From contig CAKPER010000004.1 in the NCBI GenBank assembly GCA_934149245.1, positions 3,757 to 67,756 of the forward strand: a stretch of DNA of 64,000 bases, written 5' to 3'. Of this stretch, positions 10,228 through 19,167 are shown piece by piece. Numbering within the stretch: the first letter of the stretch is position 1; the number at the start of each line of letters is the position of its first letter. Source of the stretch: an uncultured Bacilli bacterium (GTDB taxonomy: Bacteria > Bacillota_I > Bacilli_A > RF39 > UBA660). The position numbers and the translations under genes are program-made. The notes under the pieces are model-generated. The model worked only from the letters and a program-made list of their open reading frames with translations. It was not told the DNA's origin and did no database searches.

Positions 10228-11976
10228 ATGTTTAAGGAAATAACCGCAATTAGTAAAAATTTTGCAATGGTTAAACTAGAAGGAAATGCTAGTGATGATT
10301 TACTCAATATGAATGTCATTTTTGAAGATGGAACAAAAAAAATACTAGGAGAGGTTGAAGAAGTCGATGGTCAGCAAATAAAGGTTAGTTTCCTGGGAGA
10401 ATTTGTTAATGATAAATTTTTAGGTGGTATTATTCGTAAGCCTAGCCTAACTTCAAAAATTAGAATGATAAATCAAAACGAGCTTAGTGAGCTTGTTGGT
10501 GACAATAATGATAAAAGTATGATATTGGGATTATCACCTCTTTATAATGACTATCCTATAAAAATTGATATTGATGATATGTGGAGTAATCATAGTGCTA
10601 TTTTTGGTAATACTGGTAGTGGTAAAACTTACGGAGTAGCCAGATATGTGCAAAATTTATTTAATATTCCAAATATCATACCTTTTAATAGTAATATTTT
10701 TATATTTAATAATACCGATGAATATGATAATGCCTTTAAAAGTATAAGTAATTTTAATATTAATTTTAACTATAAAATGTTCTCGCTTTCTGGTGAAAGT
10801 AGTAATAGAATTAGGTTACCATTATGGTTATTGTCTGTTGATGATTATGCTAACTTATTAGATGTTACAGAATACTCGCAACTTGCTGTTATAGAAAAAA
10901 TGTTAAGTTTAGTATCGGCATTTGCTCGTAATGATGAAGAATCAAAAAGATACAAAAATCATTTAATAGCTAGTGCTATAACATCAGTTTTATATACAAA
11001 TCAAACTCCAGGAAGAATAAGGGATCAAATATTTTCTATTTTAGAAAAGTGTAACACTGATGAATTAAACTTAGATTTTGAAGTACCTGGAATTGGGTAT
11101 ACTAGACAATTTAGAAAATGCTTTGAAATTGATAGTAAAGGAGAATTTGCAGAGCGTGTTTTAATTGCTGAATATATTCAAAAATTTATTGATAATACAA
11201 CTAAATGGAATGAAGATTTTGTACCTATCTATTTTACACTAGATGACTTGGAGACTGCTCTTAATTTTGCTCTTATTTCCGAAGGATTATTACTTAATGA
11301 AAAATCATATTCAGCTGCTATGGCTTTAAAAGTAAGATTGCATACTCTAAATAATAGTAGTTATAAAAAGATTTTTGAATATGATAGGTTTGTTAACGCA
11401 ACTGAATTTTTGATGGATATAATTATGATAGGTCAAAACAAGAGAGCACAAATTATTAATTTTGTATTAGAAGGCATCGATGACAGATTTGCTAAAGCTA
11501 TTGTAAAAGTTTATTGTAGAATTATTTTCAAGTTTAGTAAAGGTTTAAAAGAAAGAGGCGCAATGCCAATACATTTAATGTTAGAGGAAGCTCACAGATA
11601 TGTACAACGTGATAATGATATAAATATATTAGGTTATAATATGTTTGAAAGAATTGCTAAAGAGGGAAGAAAATTTGGAGTTGTACTCGACTTAATTACG
11701 CAAAGACCTACTGAGTTATCTGAAGCAGTTATTTCACAATGTACTAATTTTTTGATATTTAAAATAACACACCCAACTGATTTGGATTATATAAGAAAAA
11801 TGGTACCAAATATTAGTTCCGATATTATAGAAAAACAAAAATCATTGCAATCTGGGACTTGTGTTGCTTTTGGAAAAATGATGAAAATTCCTATGATTGT
11901 AAAAATGCAATTACCTAATCCAGAACCTAAAAGTTCTAATGCATCTATATATAATAAATGGATGGTAAATATTTAA
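10228..11976 (+). CDS. HerA/FtsK-superfamily ATPase (DUF87-type, HAS-barrel N-terminus)
   Basis: The preferred start is ATG 10228, which has AAGGAGGA 8 nt upstream; the track start at 10201 has no SD. Motifs: Walker A GNTGSGKT, Walker B HLMLEEAHRY and ITQRP. The N-terminal beta-barrel-like segment resembles a HerA HAS domain. No NurA, SIR2 or nuclease partner ORF is adjacent. Confidence 0.8.
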   Translation: MFKEITAISKNFAMVKLEGNASDDLLNMNVIFEDGTKKILGEVEEVDGQQIKVSFLGEFVNDKFLGGIIRKPSLTSKIRMINQNELSELVGDNNDKSMILGLSPLYNDYPIKIDIDDMWSNHSAIFGNTGSGKTYGVARYVQNLFNIPNIIPFNSNIFIFNNTDEYDNAFKSISNFNINFNYKMFSLSGESSNRIRLPLWLLSVDDYANLLDVTEYSQLAVIEKMLSLVSAFARNDEESKRYKNHLIASAITSVLYTNQTPGRIRDQIFSILEKCNTDELNLDFEVPGIGYTRQFRKCFEIDSKGEFAERVLIAEYIQKFIDNTTKWNEDFVPIYFTLDDLETALNFALISEGLLLNEKSYSAAMALKVRLHTLNNSSYKKIFEYDRFVNATEFLMDIIMIGQNKRAQIINFVLEGIDDRFAKAIVKVYCRIIFKFSKGLKERGAMPIHLMLEEAHRYVQRDNDINILGYNMFERIAKEGRKFGVVLDLITQRPTELSEAVISQCTNFLIFKITHPTDLDYIRKMVPNISSDIIEKQKSLQSGTCVAFGKMMKIPMIVKMQLPNPEPKSSNASIYNKWMVNI

Positions 11977-12020
11977 ATTTTTAATTATAACAATATTTAT
12001 AAAATTAAAATTATTATTTA

Positions 12021-12058
12021 AGTTTCTTCAGTTCTCTGGATTTGAAGGAACTTTTTTT
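12021..12058 (+). terminator. Intrinsic terminator after the HerA-like gene
   Basis: 10-bp stem: AGTTTCTTCA (12021-12030) pairs with TGAAGGAACT (12043-12052), with one G-U pair. The loop is 12 nt and a T7 run follows. Confidence 0.7.
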
Positions 12059-12166
12059 ATACTGATAGATATTAAATTTAATATTATATACTATTAATTA
12101 GAAAATAATTTTAAATATATATTTATATAAAGAAGTTGGTAATATTATTTTCTATAATAATATCTG

Positions 12167-12198
12167 AAAAAGACATCTAATTTTTAGATGTTTTTTTT
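12167..12198. terminator. Second, bidirectional-looking terminator hairpin with no gene ending at it
   Basis: ACATCTAA (12173-12180) pairs with TTAGATGT (12184-12191) across a 3-nt loop. An A-run lies on the left and a T8 run on the right. Confidence 0.6.
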
Positions 12199-12356
12199 GA
12201 ATTAAACAAAATTTAATTTGCTTATAATTTTTATTATATACATTCTTAATATATAGTTTTAAAAAGTGTTTTATAAATAAAATATTAATTACCTACAAAT
12301 GTATAAAAAACTTTTGTAAGAGTTTCAACGCATTGAAAATTTATATTATAAAAAAG

Positions 12357-12642
12357 TTTTCCACAGTTTTAAACTTTTTAATTATACACATAGAAAAGTA
12401 GATAAATATAAATTAAGTGCTCAATAAAATCACTGTATATTTGATTAGTAAATTTTACGTAAATCATGATTACTCACAACTTTCAACAAAGGATATTTTA
12501 ATCCACATGGAGAAAAAGTTTTCCACATGTGGAAATTTTTTAGGTAATAATACCTGTTGAAAAATATCAAAATTCCTTATTTAACAAGAAAAATTGCTGT
12601 TCGCTTTTTTTATGTTTTTTATTTAGAAAAAAGTTTTCCACA
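12357..12642. promoter_or_regulatory. oriC left part: DnaA-box cluster upstream of dnaA
   Basis: Boxes compared with TTATCCACA: TTTTCCACA 12357-12365; TAATCCACA 12499-12507; TTTTCCACA 12519-12527 abutting inverted TGTGGAAAT 12528-12536 (18-bp near-palindrome); TTTTCCACA 12634-12642. Several share the extended context AAAAAGTTTTCCACA. Confidence 0.8.
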
Positions 12643-12729
12643 GTTTTGCTTCTTGTTACTTAATAATGAAATTTAAACACTTTTATTTTTTTTATGATAA
12701 AATATCTTTAGATGTTGGGAGGTAAATTT

Positions 12730-14130
12730 ATGAAATTAGAAAATTTATGGAATGATTTTCTTTCAAGGATAAAGGAAAATATTTCTTCACTTTCTTATGA
12801 AACCTGGTTTAAAGATACAAAACTAGTTTCTTTAAATAAGGATAATTTAGCTATTGTTGTTGTTCCGATGCCTTTTCATAAAAAACATCTAGTTGAAAAT
12901 TATCTAAATATAATGGAAAAAACCATATATCTTATCACTAAAAAACAATACAACTTCGAATTTTTATTAGAAGAAGAATGGACAGAAAGAACTGAAAATG
13001 AGACTTTCAACAATCTATCTAATAATAAAATCTTGGAAACTCCAGAAAGAAAAAACGCTAATATTATACATCAAAATATTGAAGATGCAAATTTAAACAA
13101 AGAATATGTTTTTGATACGTTTATTGTAGGTAATTCAAATAGATTTGCTTACACAGCCTCTATGGCCGTAGCTGAAAAACCTGGAAAAGCTTATAATCCA
13201 CTATTTTTATACGGAAAAAGTGGGCTTGGAAAGACTCATTTAATGCATTCAATAGGTAATTATATAATTGAAAATTCAAATTTAAAGGTGTTGTACATAT
13301 CTAGTGATAAATTTGTTAATGATTTTATTAATGCTGTTAGATATAATGAAAAAGATAATTTTGATAAAATAGATGTTTTTAAAAATAAGTACAGAAATAT
13401 TGATGTATTGATGATTGATGATATTCAATTTTTGGGTAATGCAACAAAAGGACAGGAAGAATTTTTTCACACATTTAATGAATTGTATAATGAAAACAAA
13501 CAAATAGTTATAGCATCTGATCGCTCAGTTGATGACTTAAAAATGTTAGAAAATAGATTACTTACTAGATTTAATTGGGGATTAACAGCAAATATTACGC
13601 CTCCAGATTTTGAATTAAGAGTTAATATAATAAAAAAGAAAATATCTCATCAAGAATCTGCCAAAGATGTTCCAATTGAAGTAATAGAGTATATTGCTAA
13701 TAATTTTGCATCTGATGTCAGGCAACTTGAAGGAGCAATTACAAGAGTTTTCGCTTATGCTTTAATGATGAATAAAGGCAAAATTGATTTAGATATTGCT
13801 ATTGATGCGTTGAAAGATCAACTAACTGATAAGAGTGTTTATAAAAATGATGTACACAGAATTCAGACGGTAGTTTGCGATTATTTTAAAATTACCATAG
13901 AAGATATAAAAGGAAAAAAGCGCAGTCAGAATATCAACTATCCAAGACAAGTAGCTATTTATTTATGTAGAACATTAGCTCATGAATCATTTCCTAAAAT
14001 TGGAACATATTTTGGTGGAAGAGACCATTCAACAATAATGAGCTCTTACCGAAAAATTGAAAAAGACTTAAAAGAAAATGAACAACTCAAAATAGTAATA
14101 AAAGAACTAAAAGAAATGTTATCCACATAA
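12730..14130 (+). CDS. dnaA: Chromosomal replication initiator protein DnaA
   Basis: The preferred start is ATG 12730 (GGGAGG 8 nt upstream). AAA+ motifs GKSGLGKTHL and LMIDDIQFL. C-terminal DnaA signature region (YLCRTLAHESFPKIGTYFGGRDHSTIM). Confidence 0.97.
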   Translation: MKLENLWNDFLSRIKENISSLSYETWFKDTKLVSLNKDNLAIVVVPMPFHKKHLVENYLNIMEKTIYLITKKQYNFEFLLEEEWTERTENETFNNLSNNKILETPERKNANIIHQNIEDANLNKEYVFDTFIVGNSNRFAYTASMAVAEKPGKAYNPLFLYGKSGLGKTHLMHSIGNYIIENSNLKVLYISSDKFVNDFINAVRYNEKDNFDKIDVFKNKYRNIDVLMIDDIQFLGNATKGQEEFFHTFNELYNENKQIVIASDRSVDDLKMLENRLLTRFNWGLTANITPPDFELRVNIIKKKISHQESAKDVPIEVIEYIANNFASDVRQLEGAITRVFAYALMMNKGKIDLDIAIDALKDQLTDKSVYKNDVHRIQTVVCDYFKITIEDIKGKKRSQNINYPRQVAIYLCRTLAHESFPKIGTYFGGRDHSTIMSSYRKIEKDLKENEQLKIVIKELKEMLST

Positions 14131-14259
14131 TAAAGTTGATAATTTAAAAAGTTTCCCACATAGCTGTGGAAAAAATATTTTAATGAAAGCTTATAAAATA
14201 AGAGTTTTTTTATGTTTTCCACAGAATCCACATCATAATAAATAATAATATAATAAAAA
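14119..14259. promoter_or_regulatory. oriC right part: DnaA boxes in the dnaA-dnaN spacer followed by an A/T-only candidate unwinding run
   Basis: Perfect TTATCCACA at 14119-14127 overlaps the last dnaA codons. Further boxes: TTTCCCACA 14152-14160 facing TGTGGAAAA 14165-14173; TTTTCCACA 14215-14223; GAATCCACA 14224-14232. A 25-nt run of A/T only follows at 14235-14259. Confidence 0.75.
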
Positions 14260-14275
14260 GAAAGAAGGAATAAAA

Positions 14276-15391
14276 ATGAAATTTATTATTAAACAAGATA
14301 TTTTATTAGAAAATTTAAACCATGTAGCTAGAGCTATATCACCAAGGAATTTAATCCCTATTTTAACAGGAATTAAATTTGAATTAACAGAAGAAGGATT
14401 GTATTTATCTGCTAGTGATACAGATATCTCTATAAGATGTTTAATTCCTAGTGATAAAATAATTGAAGTTTCAACTTTAGGAAGTATCGTTATTGGTGGA
14501 AAGTATATTGTAGAAATTATAAAGAAGCTTCCTAATATGGATATAACTATTGAAGTTATTGATGGGTATAAAATGATGATTAGTACAAGTAATACTGAAT
14601 TTAATCTTAATGGAATTAATCCAAATGAATTTCCAAATCTAGATTTAGAGGAAGGAAAAAATCCTATTGTTATTAAAACTAATACAATTAAAAAAATTAT
14701 TTCTCAAACTTTTTTTGCTACATCTCAAAATGAATCAAGACCACTTTTGACTGGAATTAATTTTAGAATTGATAATAACGTGATGGAGATTATAGCAACA
14801 GATTCTTATCGTTTAGCAAAAAAAACAATTACATTAGATGAGAATATAGAAAATAAAATTAATATTGTTATTCCAGGTAAAAATTTACTTGAACTATCTA
14901 AGATTTTAGATGATGATAACGAGAACTTAGAAATGCATGTTTTTGAAAATAAAATTCTATTTAAATATCAAAATATTTTATTTTTATCTAGATTATTAAG
15001 CGGTACATATCCAGCAACGTCGAACATTATTCCTAATAATTTTAGTGTAAGTGTGGAATGTAGTTGTAATGGACTTTTTGAAATGATTGATCGTGCTTCA
15101 TTATTAACTTCTGATAGAGATAAGAATACTATAAAACTACAACTTGGTTCTAATTCTATGATTATTTCTTCTAATTCTCCTGAAATTGGAAAAGTAGAGG
15201 AAAAAATGCTTGTTGATAGTAGTGATGAAATTGCTATATCATTTAGTTCAAAATATATGTTAGATTCTATAAAAAGTTTTGAAACTGCTAACATTACTTT
15301 ATTTATGAATGATGATAATAGTCCAATTATTATAAAATCAAATGATGATGAATCTTTAACTCAATTAGTATTACCAATTAAAACTTATTAA
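14276..15391 (+). CDS. dnaN: DNA polymerase III beta sliding clamp
   Basis: 371 aa, located immediately after dnaA. The three-domain clamp-like sequence ends in LVLPIKTY. Confidence 0.95.
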   Translation: MKFIIKQDILLENLNHVARAISPRNLIPILTGIKFELTEEGLYLSASDTDISIRCLIPSDKIIEVSTLGSIVIGGKYIVEIIKKLPNMDITIEVIDGYKMMISTSNTEFNLNGINPNEFPNLDLEEGKNPIVIKTNTIKKIISQTFFATSQNESRPLLTGINFRIDNNVMEIIATDSYRLAKKTITLDENIENKINIVIPGKNLLELSKILDDDNENLEMHVFENKILFKYQNILFLSRLLSGTYPATSNIIPNNFSVSVECSCNGLFEMIDRASLLTSDRDKNTIKLQLGSNSMIISSNSPEIGKVEEKMLVDSSDEIAISFSSKYMLDSIKSFETANITLFMNDDNSPIIIKSNDDESLTQLVLPIKTY

Positions 15392-15400
15392 AAATTTATT

Positions 15401-15428
15401 TTTCGACACATTTCGACAAAATTTGACA
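15401..15428 (+). repeat. Three helically phased direct repeats TTTCGACA / TTTCGACA / TTTGACA upstream of the comK-like gene
   Basis: The GACA cores lie at 15405, 15415 and 15425, an exact 10-bp period. A weak promoter candidate lies downstream (TTTAAT 15440-15445, then 17 nt, then TATAGT 15463-15468). Confidence 0.5.
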
Positions 15429-15488
15429 CTATTTTATGTTTTAATATCTTTAGTGCAACTTTTATAGTTGTGCAAAAGGGGGGATAAT

Positions 15489-15959
15489 ATGTTGAAAAAC
15501 TATATAATTAATGATGAAACTTTATTACTAATTCCATATTTTTATAATGGTGCTAATATTACAAAAGTTTATGAATTTGATGAAGAGTTATTAGTTGAAA
15601 AACTACCTTATGAAATTATAAAAGAGAGTTGCTTATTTTTTGGTAGTTCCTTCGAGGGCAGAAGAGATGGAACTATGGCTTTAATTAATTGCAAGATGAA
15701 GGTGCCTGTTATAATAGAGGAGTCTAGGAAAATACTATTTTTTCCAACATGTTCAATTGAAAATTCAAATAACATGTGGATTTCATATAATAACATGATA
15801 AATTTTAATAAGGTTGATTCAAAAGAAACTGTTATTAATTTTAAGAAAAATAAATCAATAATGGTTAATGTCAAATATAATTTAATTGATAATCAATTTG
15901 TTAGATGCATAAAGCTAGATTCAGTTATTTCAAATAGGTTTGATAAGCATTTATATTAA
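15489..15959 (+). CDS. comK: ComK-family competence transcription factor homologue
   Basis: The preferred start is ATG 15489 (AAGGGGGG upstream). It aligns by eye with B. subtilis ComK blocks: SCLFFGSSFEGRRDGT, KVPVII, ILFFPTCS, MWISY. Confidence 0.8.
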   Translation: MLKNYIINDETLLLIPYFYNGANITKVYEFDEELLVEKLPYEIIKESCLFFGSSFEGRRDGTMALINCKMKVPVIIEESRKILFFPTCSIENSNNMWISYNNMINFNKVDSKETVINFKKNKSIMVNVKYNLIDNQFVRCIKLDSVISNRFDKHLY

Positions 15960-15965
15960 TGACAT

Positions 15966-15992
15966 AAAAGGTCCTTTGAAAGGGCTTTTTTT
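15966..15992 (+). terminator. Intrinsic terminator after the comK-like gene
   Basis: AAAAGGTCC...GGGCTTTTT hairpin (core CCTTTGAAAGG) followed by a T7 run. Confidence 0.6.
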
Positions 15993-16107
15993 GTTATAAA
16001 ATAACAACTTTTTCTGGATAAATTATTTAAAAAATCTTTTATTTATGGTATAATTTAGTTAATTAAACATTAGTAGGAATTGGTGATTAAATTGGAAAAT
16101 ATTTACT

Positions 16108-17235
16108 ATGAAAATTAGAACATTAAAATTAAAAAATTTCCGAAATTATTCTGAATTAAGTATAGATTTAAATGGTAAATTGAATATTTTTATTGGGGAT
16201 AATGCTCAGGGGAAAACCAATATTTTAGAGTCTATAACTGTTTTAGCATTGACCAAATCTGGTTTCAATGTAAAAGATAGTAATTTAATAAAGTTCGGGG
16301 AAAACTTTGCCAATATTTCTGCTGATGTTGATTATGAAAACACTATTAAAAATTATTTTATAGGTTTTGATGAAAAAAGTAAAAAGGTAAAGATCAATAA
16401 TAATATTGTTGATAATTATTCTGATTATATTTCAAGAATTCGTTTAGTTTTATTTAGTTCTTTTGATATTAATTTATTTAGCACTTCTCCTTCAAATAGA
16501 AGAAGGACGTTAAATGTTAGTATTAGTCAATTATATAAAAACTATTTAAAAAAAATGCAGAAATTTAATTTTTTGTTGAAAAAGAGAAATCATTTTTTAA
16601 AAGAAGTTGTAATTAAGGGAATGGATGAAGCAAGAAAATTGTATTTTGAAATACTTAATAAAGAATTTTCTATGGTTGCTGTTGATATTGTTTTTTTTAG
16701 AAAAGATTATATTGATTCTATTAACAATATAATTTCAAAAGTTTATGAAGAAATAACAGGAGATATGGGATTGTATTTAAAGTATAGTACTAATATACAA
16801 ATAGATGATATTTCTTCTTTAAATAGTGATTATTTTGTTAAATTACTATCTCAAAATTATAATAAAGATATTTTTTATAAAATGACTCTCTTAGGACCAC
16901 ATAGGGATGACTATTCTTTTATTTTAAAGGATAGTGATTTGTCTGTTTATGGTTCGCAAGGTCAAAAAAGGGCTGCAGTATTATCATTGCGCTTATCTGA
17001 GGCTATTTTAATAAAAAGTGTAACTGGGGATTATCCCATTTTATTGTTGGATGATATATTTAGTGAACTTGATATAAAAAAACGTAATAGTCTTATAAAG
17101 TATGTTAGTGATGATATGCAAACAATTATAACTACAACGGATTTAAAAATGATTGATAAATCTTTAATTCAAAAGGCTAAGATTTTTGAAATAGTGAATG
17201 GTGTTGTGAAAAATGTAAACAAGAAAGAAGGATAA
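16108..17235 (+). CDS. recF: DNA replication and repair protein RecF
   Basis: Walker [10 protein letters not shown], the SMC-like signature GSQGQKRA and Walker [12 protein letters not shown]. Synteny supports the call. Confidence 0.93.
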   Translation: MKIRTLKLKNFRNYSELSIDLNGKLNIFIGDNAQGKTNILESITVLALTKSGFNVKDSNLIKFGENFANISADVDYENTIKNYFIGFDEKSKKVKINNNIVDNYSDYISRIRLVLFSSFDINLFSTSPSNRRRTLNVSISQLYKNYLKKMQKFNFLLKKRNHFLKEVVIKGMDEARKLYFEILNKEFSMVAVDIVFFRKDYIDSINNIISKVYEEITGDMGLYLKYSTNIQIDDISSLNSDYFVKLLSQNYNKDIFYKMTLLGPHRDDYSFILKDSDLSVYGSQGQKRAAVLSLRLSEAILIKSVTGDYPILLLDDIFSELDIKKRNSLIKYVSDDMQTIITTTDLKMIDKSLIQKAKIFEIVNGVVKNVNKKEG

Positions 17236-17237
17236 GA

Positions 17238-19151
17238 ATGAATAATGAACATTATGATGCTTCTGATATACAGGTTTTAGAAGGATTAGAAGCAGTTAGA
17301 AAAAGACCTGGTATGTATATAGGATCTACTAGTTCTAGAGGATTACATCACTTAGTGTGGGAAATTGTTGATAATGCTATTGATGAAGCATTAGCTGGCT
17401 ATTGTGATGATATAGAGGTAATTATTAATAAAGATGGTTCCATTACCGTAAAAGATGATGGTAGAGGAATTCCTGTCGAAGTTCATCCCAAAACAGGACT
17501 TTCTACTGTTGAGACTGTGTATACAGTTTTACATGCAGGAGGTAAATTTGGTGGTGGAGGCTATAAAGTTAGTGGTGGATTACATGGAGTAGGAGCTTCT
17601 GTAGTTAATGCATTGAGTAAATGGGTCGAAGTTACAGTATATAAACATGGTAATGTTTATAATATTAAATTTGCTAATGGTGGAAAAACTGTTCAGCCAC
17701 TTACAGTAGTCGGTGAATGTAGTGAAGATAGAACTGGAACTACAGTATCTTTTATGCCTGATGATACTATTTTTACTGATACAACAGTGTTTGATTATGA
17801 TGTCTTAAAAACAAGAGCTAGAGAACTTGCCTTTTTGAATAAAGGGCTAAGAATTATTTTAATAGATGACCGTACTGATAAAACTGATACTTTTGTATAT
17901 GATGGTGGAATAAAAGAATTTGTTAAATATGTTAATAAGGATAAGAAACCTATTCATGATGATATTGTTTATGTTGAAGGAGTGGAGAATGACATATCTT
18001 TAGAGGTAGCTTTACAATATAATGATAGTTATAGTTCTACCATTTATTCTTTTGTTAATAATATTATTACTCCAGAAGGAGGAACGCATGAAGATGGTGT
18101 GAAGATGGCTCTTACTAGAATTATAAATAATTATGCTAGAAATAATAAGATTTTAAAGGATAATGATGATTCACTTTCTGGAGATGATGTTCGTGAAGGA
18201 ATAACTATGATTGTATCAGCAAAGGTACCTGAGCCTCAATTCGAAGGACAAACAAAGACTAAGTTGGGTAATAGTATCGTTAGAAAAGTAGCAAATAGTA
18301 TTTTTGGCAAAGAATTTGAGCGTTTTTTGTTAGAGCATCCTAATGATTCTAGAATTATTATTGAAAAGGCAATGACAGCAGCTAGAGCTAGAGTTGCTGC
18401 TAAAAGAGCTAGAGAACTTACTCGTAGAAAAGGTGGTCTTGAAGTTAGTAATTTTTGGGGAAAATTGACAGATTGTTCTTCTAAGGATGCAACTATTTCA
18501 GAAATGTTTATTGTTGAAGGAGATTCAGCAGCTGGTTCTGCTGTTAGTGGTAGAAATCCTATAACGCAGGCTATTTTACCTATTAGAGGTAAAATATTGA
18601 ATGTTGAAAAAGCTAGATTGGATAAGGTTTTAGCTAATGAAGAGATAAGGACTATGATAACTGCATTAGGAACTGGTATAGGAGAAGAATTTGATATTAA
18701 TAAGTTACGTTATTATAAAATTATTATAATGACTGATGCTGATGTTGATGGAGAACATATTAGAACATTGCTTTTGACGCTTTTTTATAGGTATTTTAGA
18801 CCTCTTTTGGAGGGCGGGCATATATATGCTGCTCAACCACCTCTTTACTCTGTAAAGCACGGAAAAACGATTAAATATGTATTAGATGATAATGAATTGA
18901 ATGAATACTTGAGTTCTTTACCTGAGAATACGAAAGTTGAACAAGGAAGAATGAAAGGTCTTGGAGAAATGAATCCTGAAGAGTTGAGAGAGACTACTAT
19001 GGGAATAGAAAATAGAATATTAAAGCAAATTACTATGGATGATGCAGTAGCTGCTGATGAAATTTTTCAATTATTAATGGGTGAAGAGGTAGCACCACGA
19101 AGAAAATTTATTGAAGATAATGCTTTAAATGTAGAAAATTTAGATGTATAA
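17238..19151 (+). CDS. gyrB: DNA gyrase subunit B
   Basis: GHKL ATPase and TOPRIM motifs ([35 protein letters not shown]-like, DADVDGEHI). Confidence 0.98.
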   Translation: MNNEHYDASDIQVLEGLEAVRKRPGMYIGSTSSRGLHHLVWEIVDNAIDEALAGYCDDIEVIINKDGSITVKDDGRGIPVEVHPKTGLSTVETVYTVLHAGGKFGGGGYKVSGGLHGVGASVVNALSKWVEVTVYKHGNVYNIKFANGGKTVQPLTVVGECSEDRTGTTVSFMPDDTIFTDTTVFDYDVLKTRARELAFLNKGLRIILIDDRTDKTDTFVYDGGIKEFVKYVNKDKKPIHDDIVYVEGVENDISLEVALQYNDSYSSTIYSFVNNIITPEGGTHEDGVKMALTRIINNYARNNKILKDNDDSLSGDDVREGITMIVSAKVPEPQFEGQTKTKLGNSIVRKVANSIFGKEFERFLLEHPNDSRIIIEKAMTAARARVAAKRARELTRRKGGLEVSNFWGKLTDCSSKDATISEMFIVEGDSAAGSAVSGRNPITQAILPIRGKILNVEKARLDKVLANEEIRTMITALGTGIGEEFDINKLRYYKIIIMTDADVDGEHIRTLLLTLFYRYFRPLLEGGHIYAAQPPLYSVKHGKTIKYVLDDNELNEYLSSLPENTKVEQGRMKGLGEMNPEELRETTMGIENRILKQITMDDAVAADEIFQLLMGEEVAPRRKFIEDNALNVENLDV

Positions 19152-19167
19152 TGGGAGGTAATATGTT

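Noticed and set aside
15391-15403. AAAA-N5-TTTT (ComK K-box half-site pattern) just upstream of the comK-like gene.
   Set aside because: The pattern is expected by chance many times in DNA this AT-rich. No properly spaced second half-site was found.
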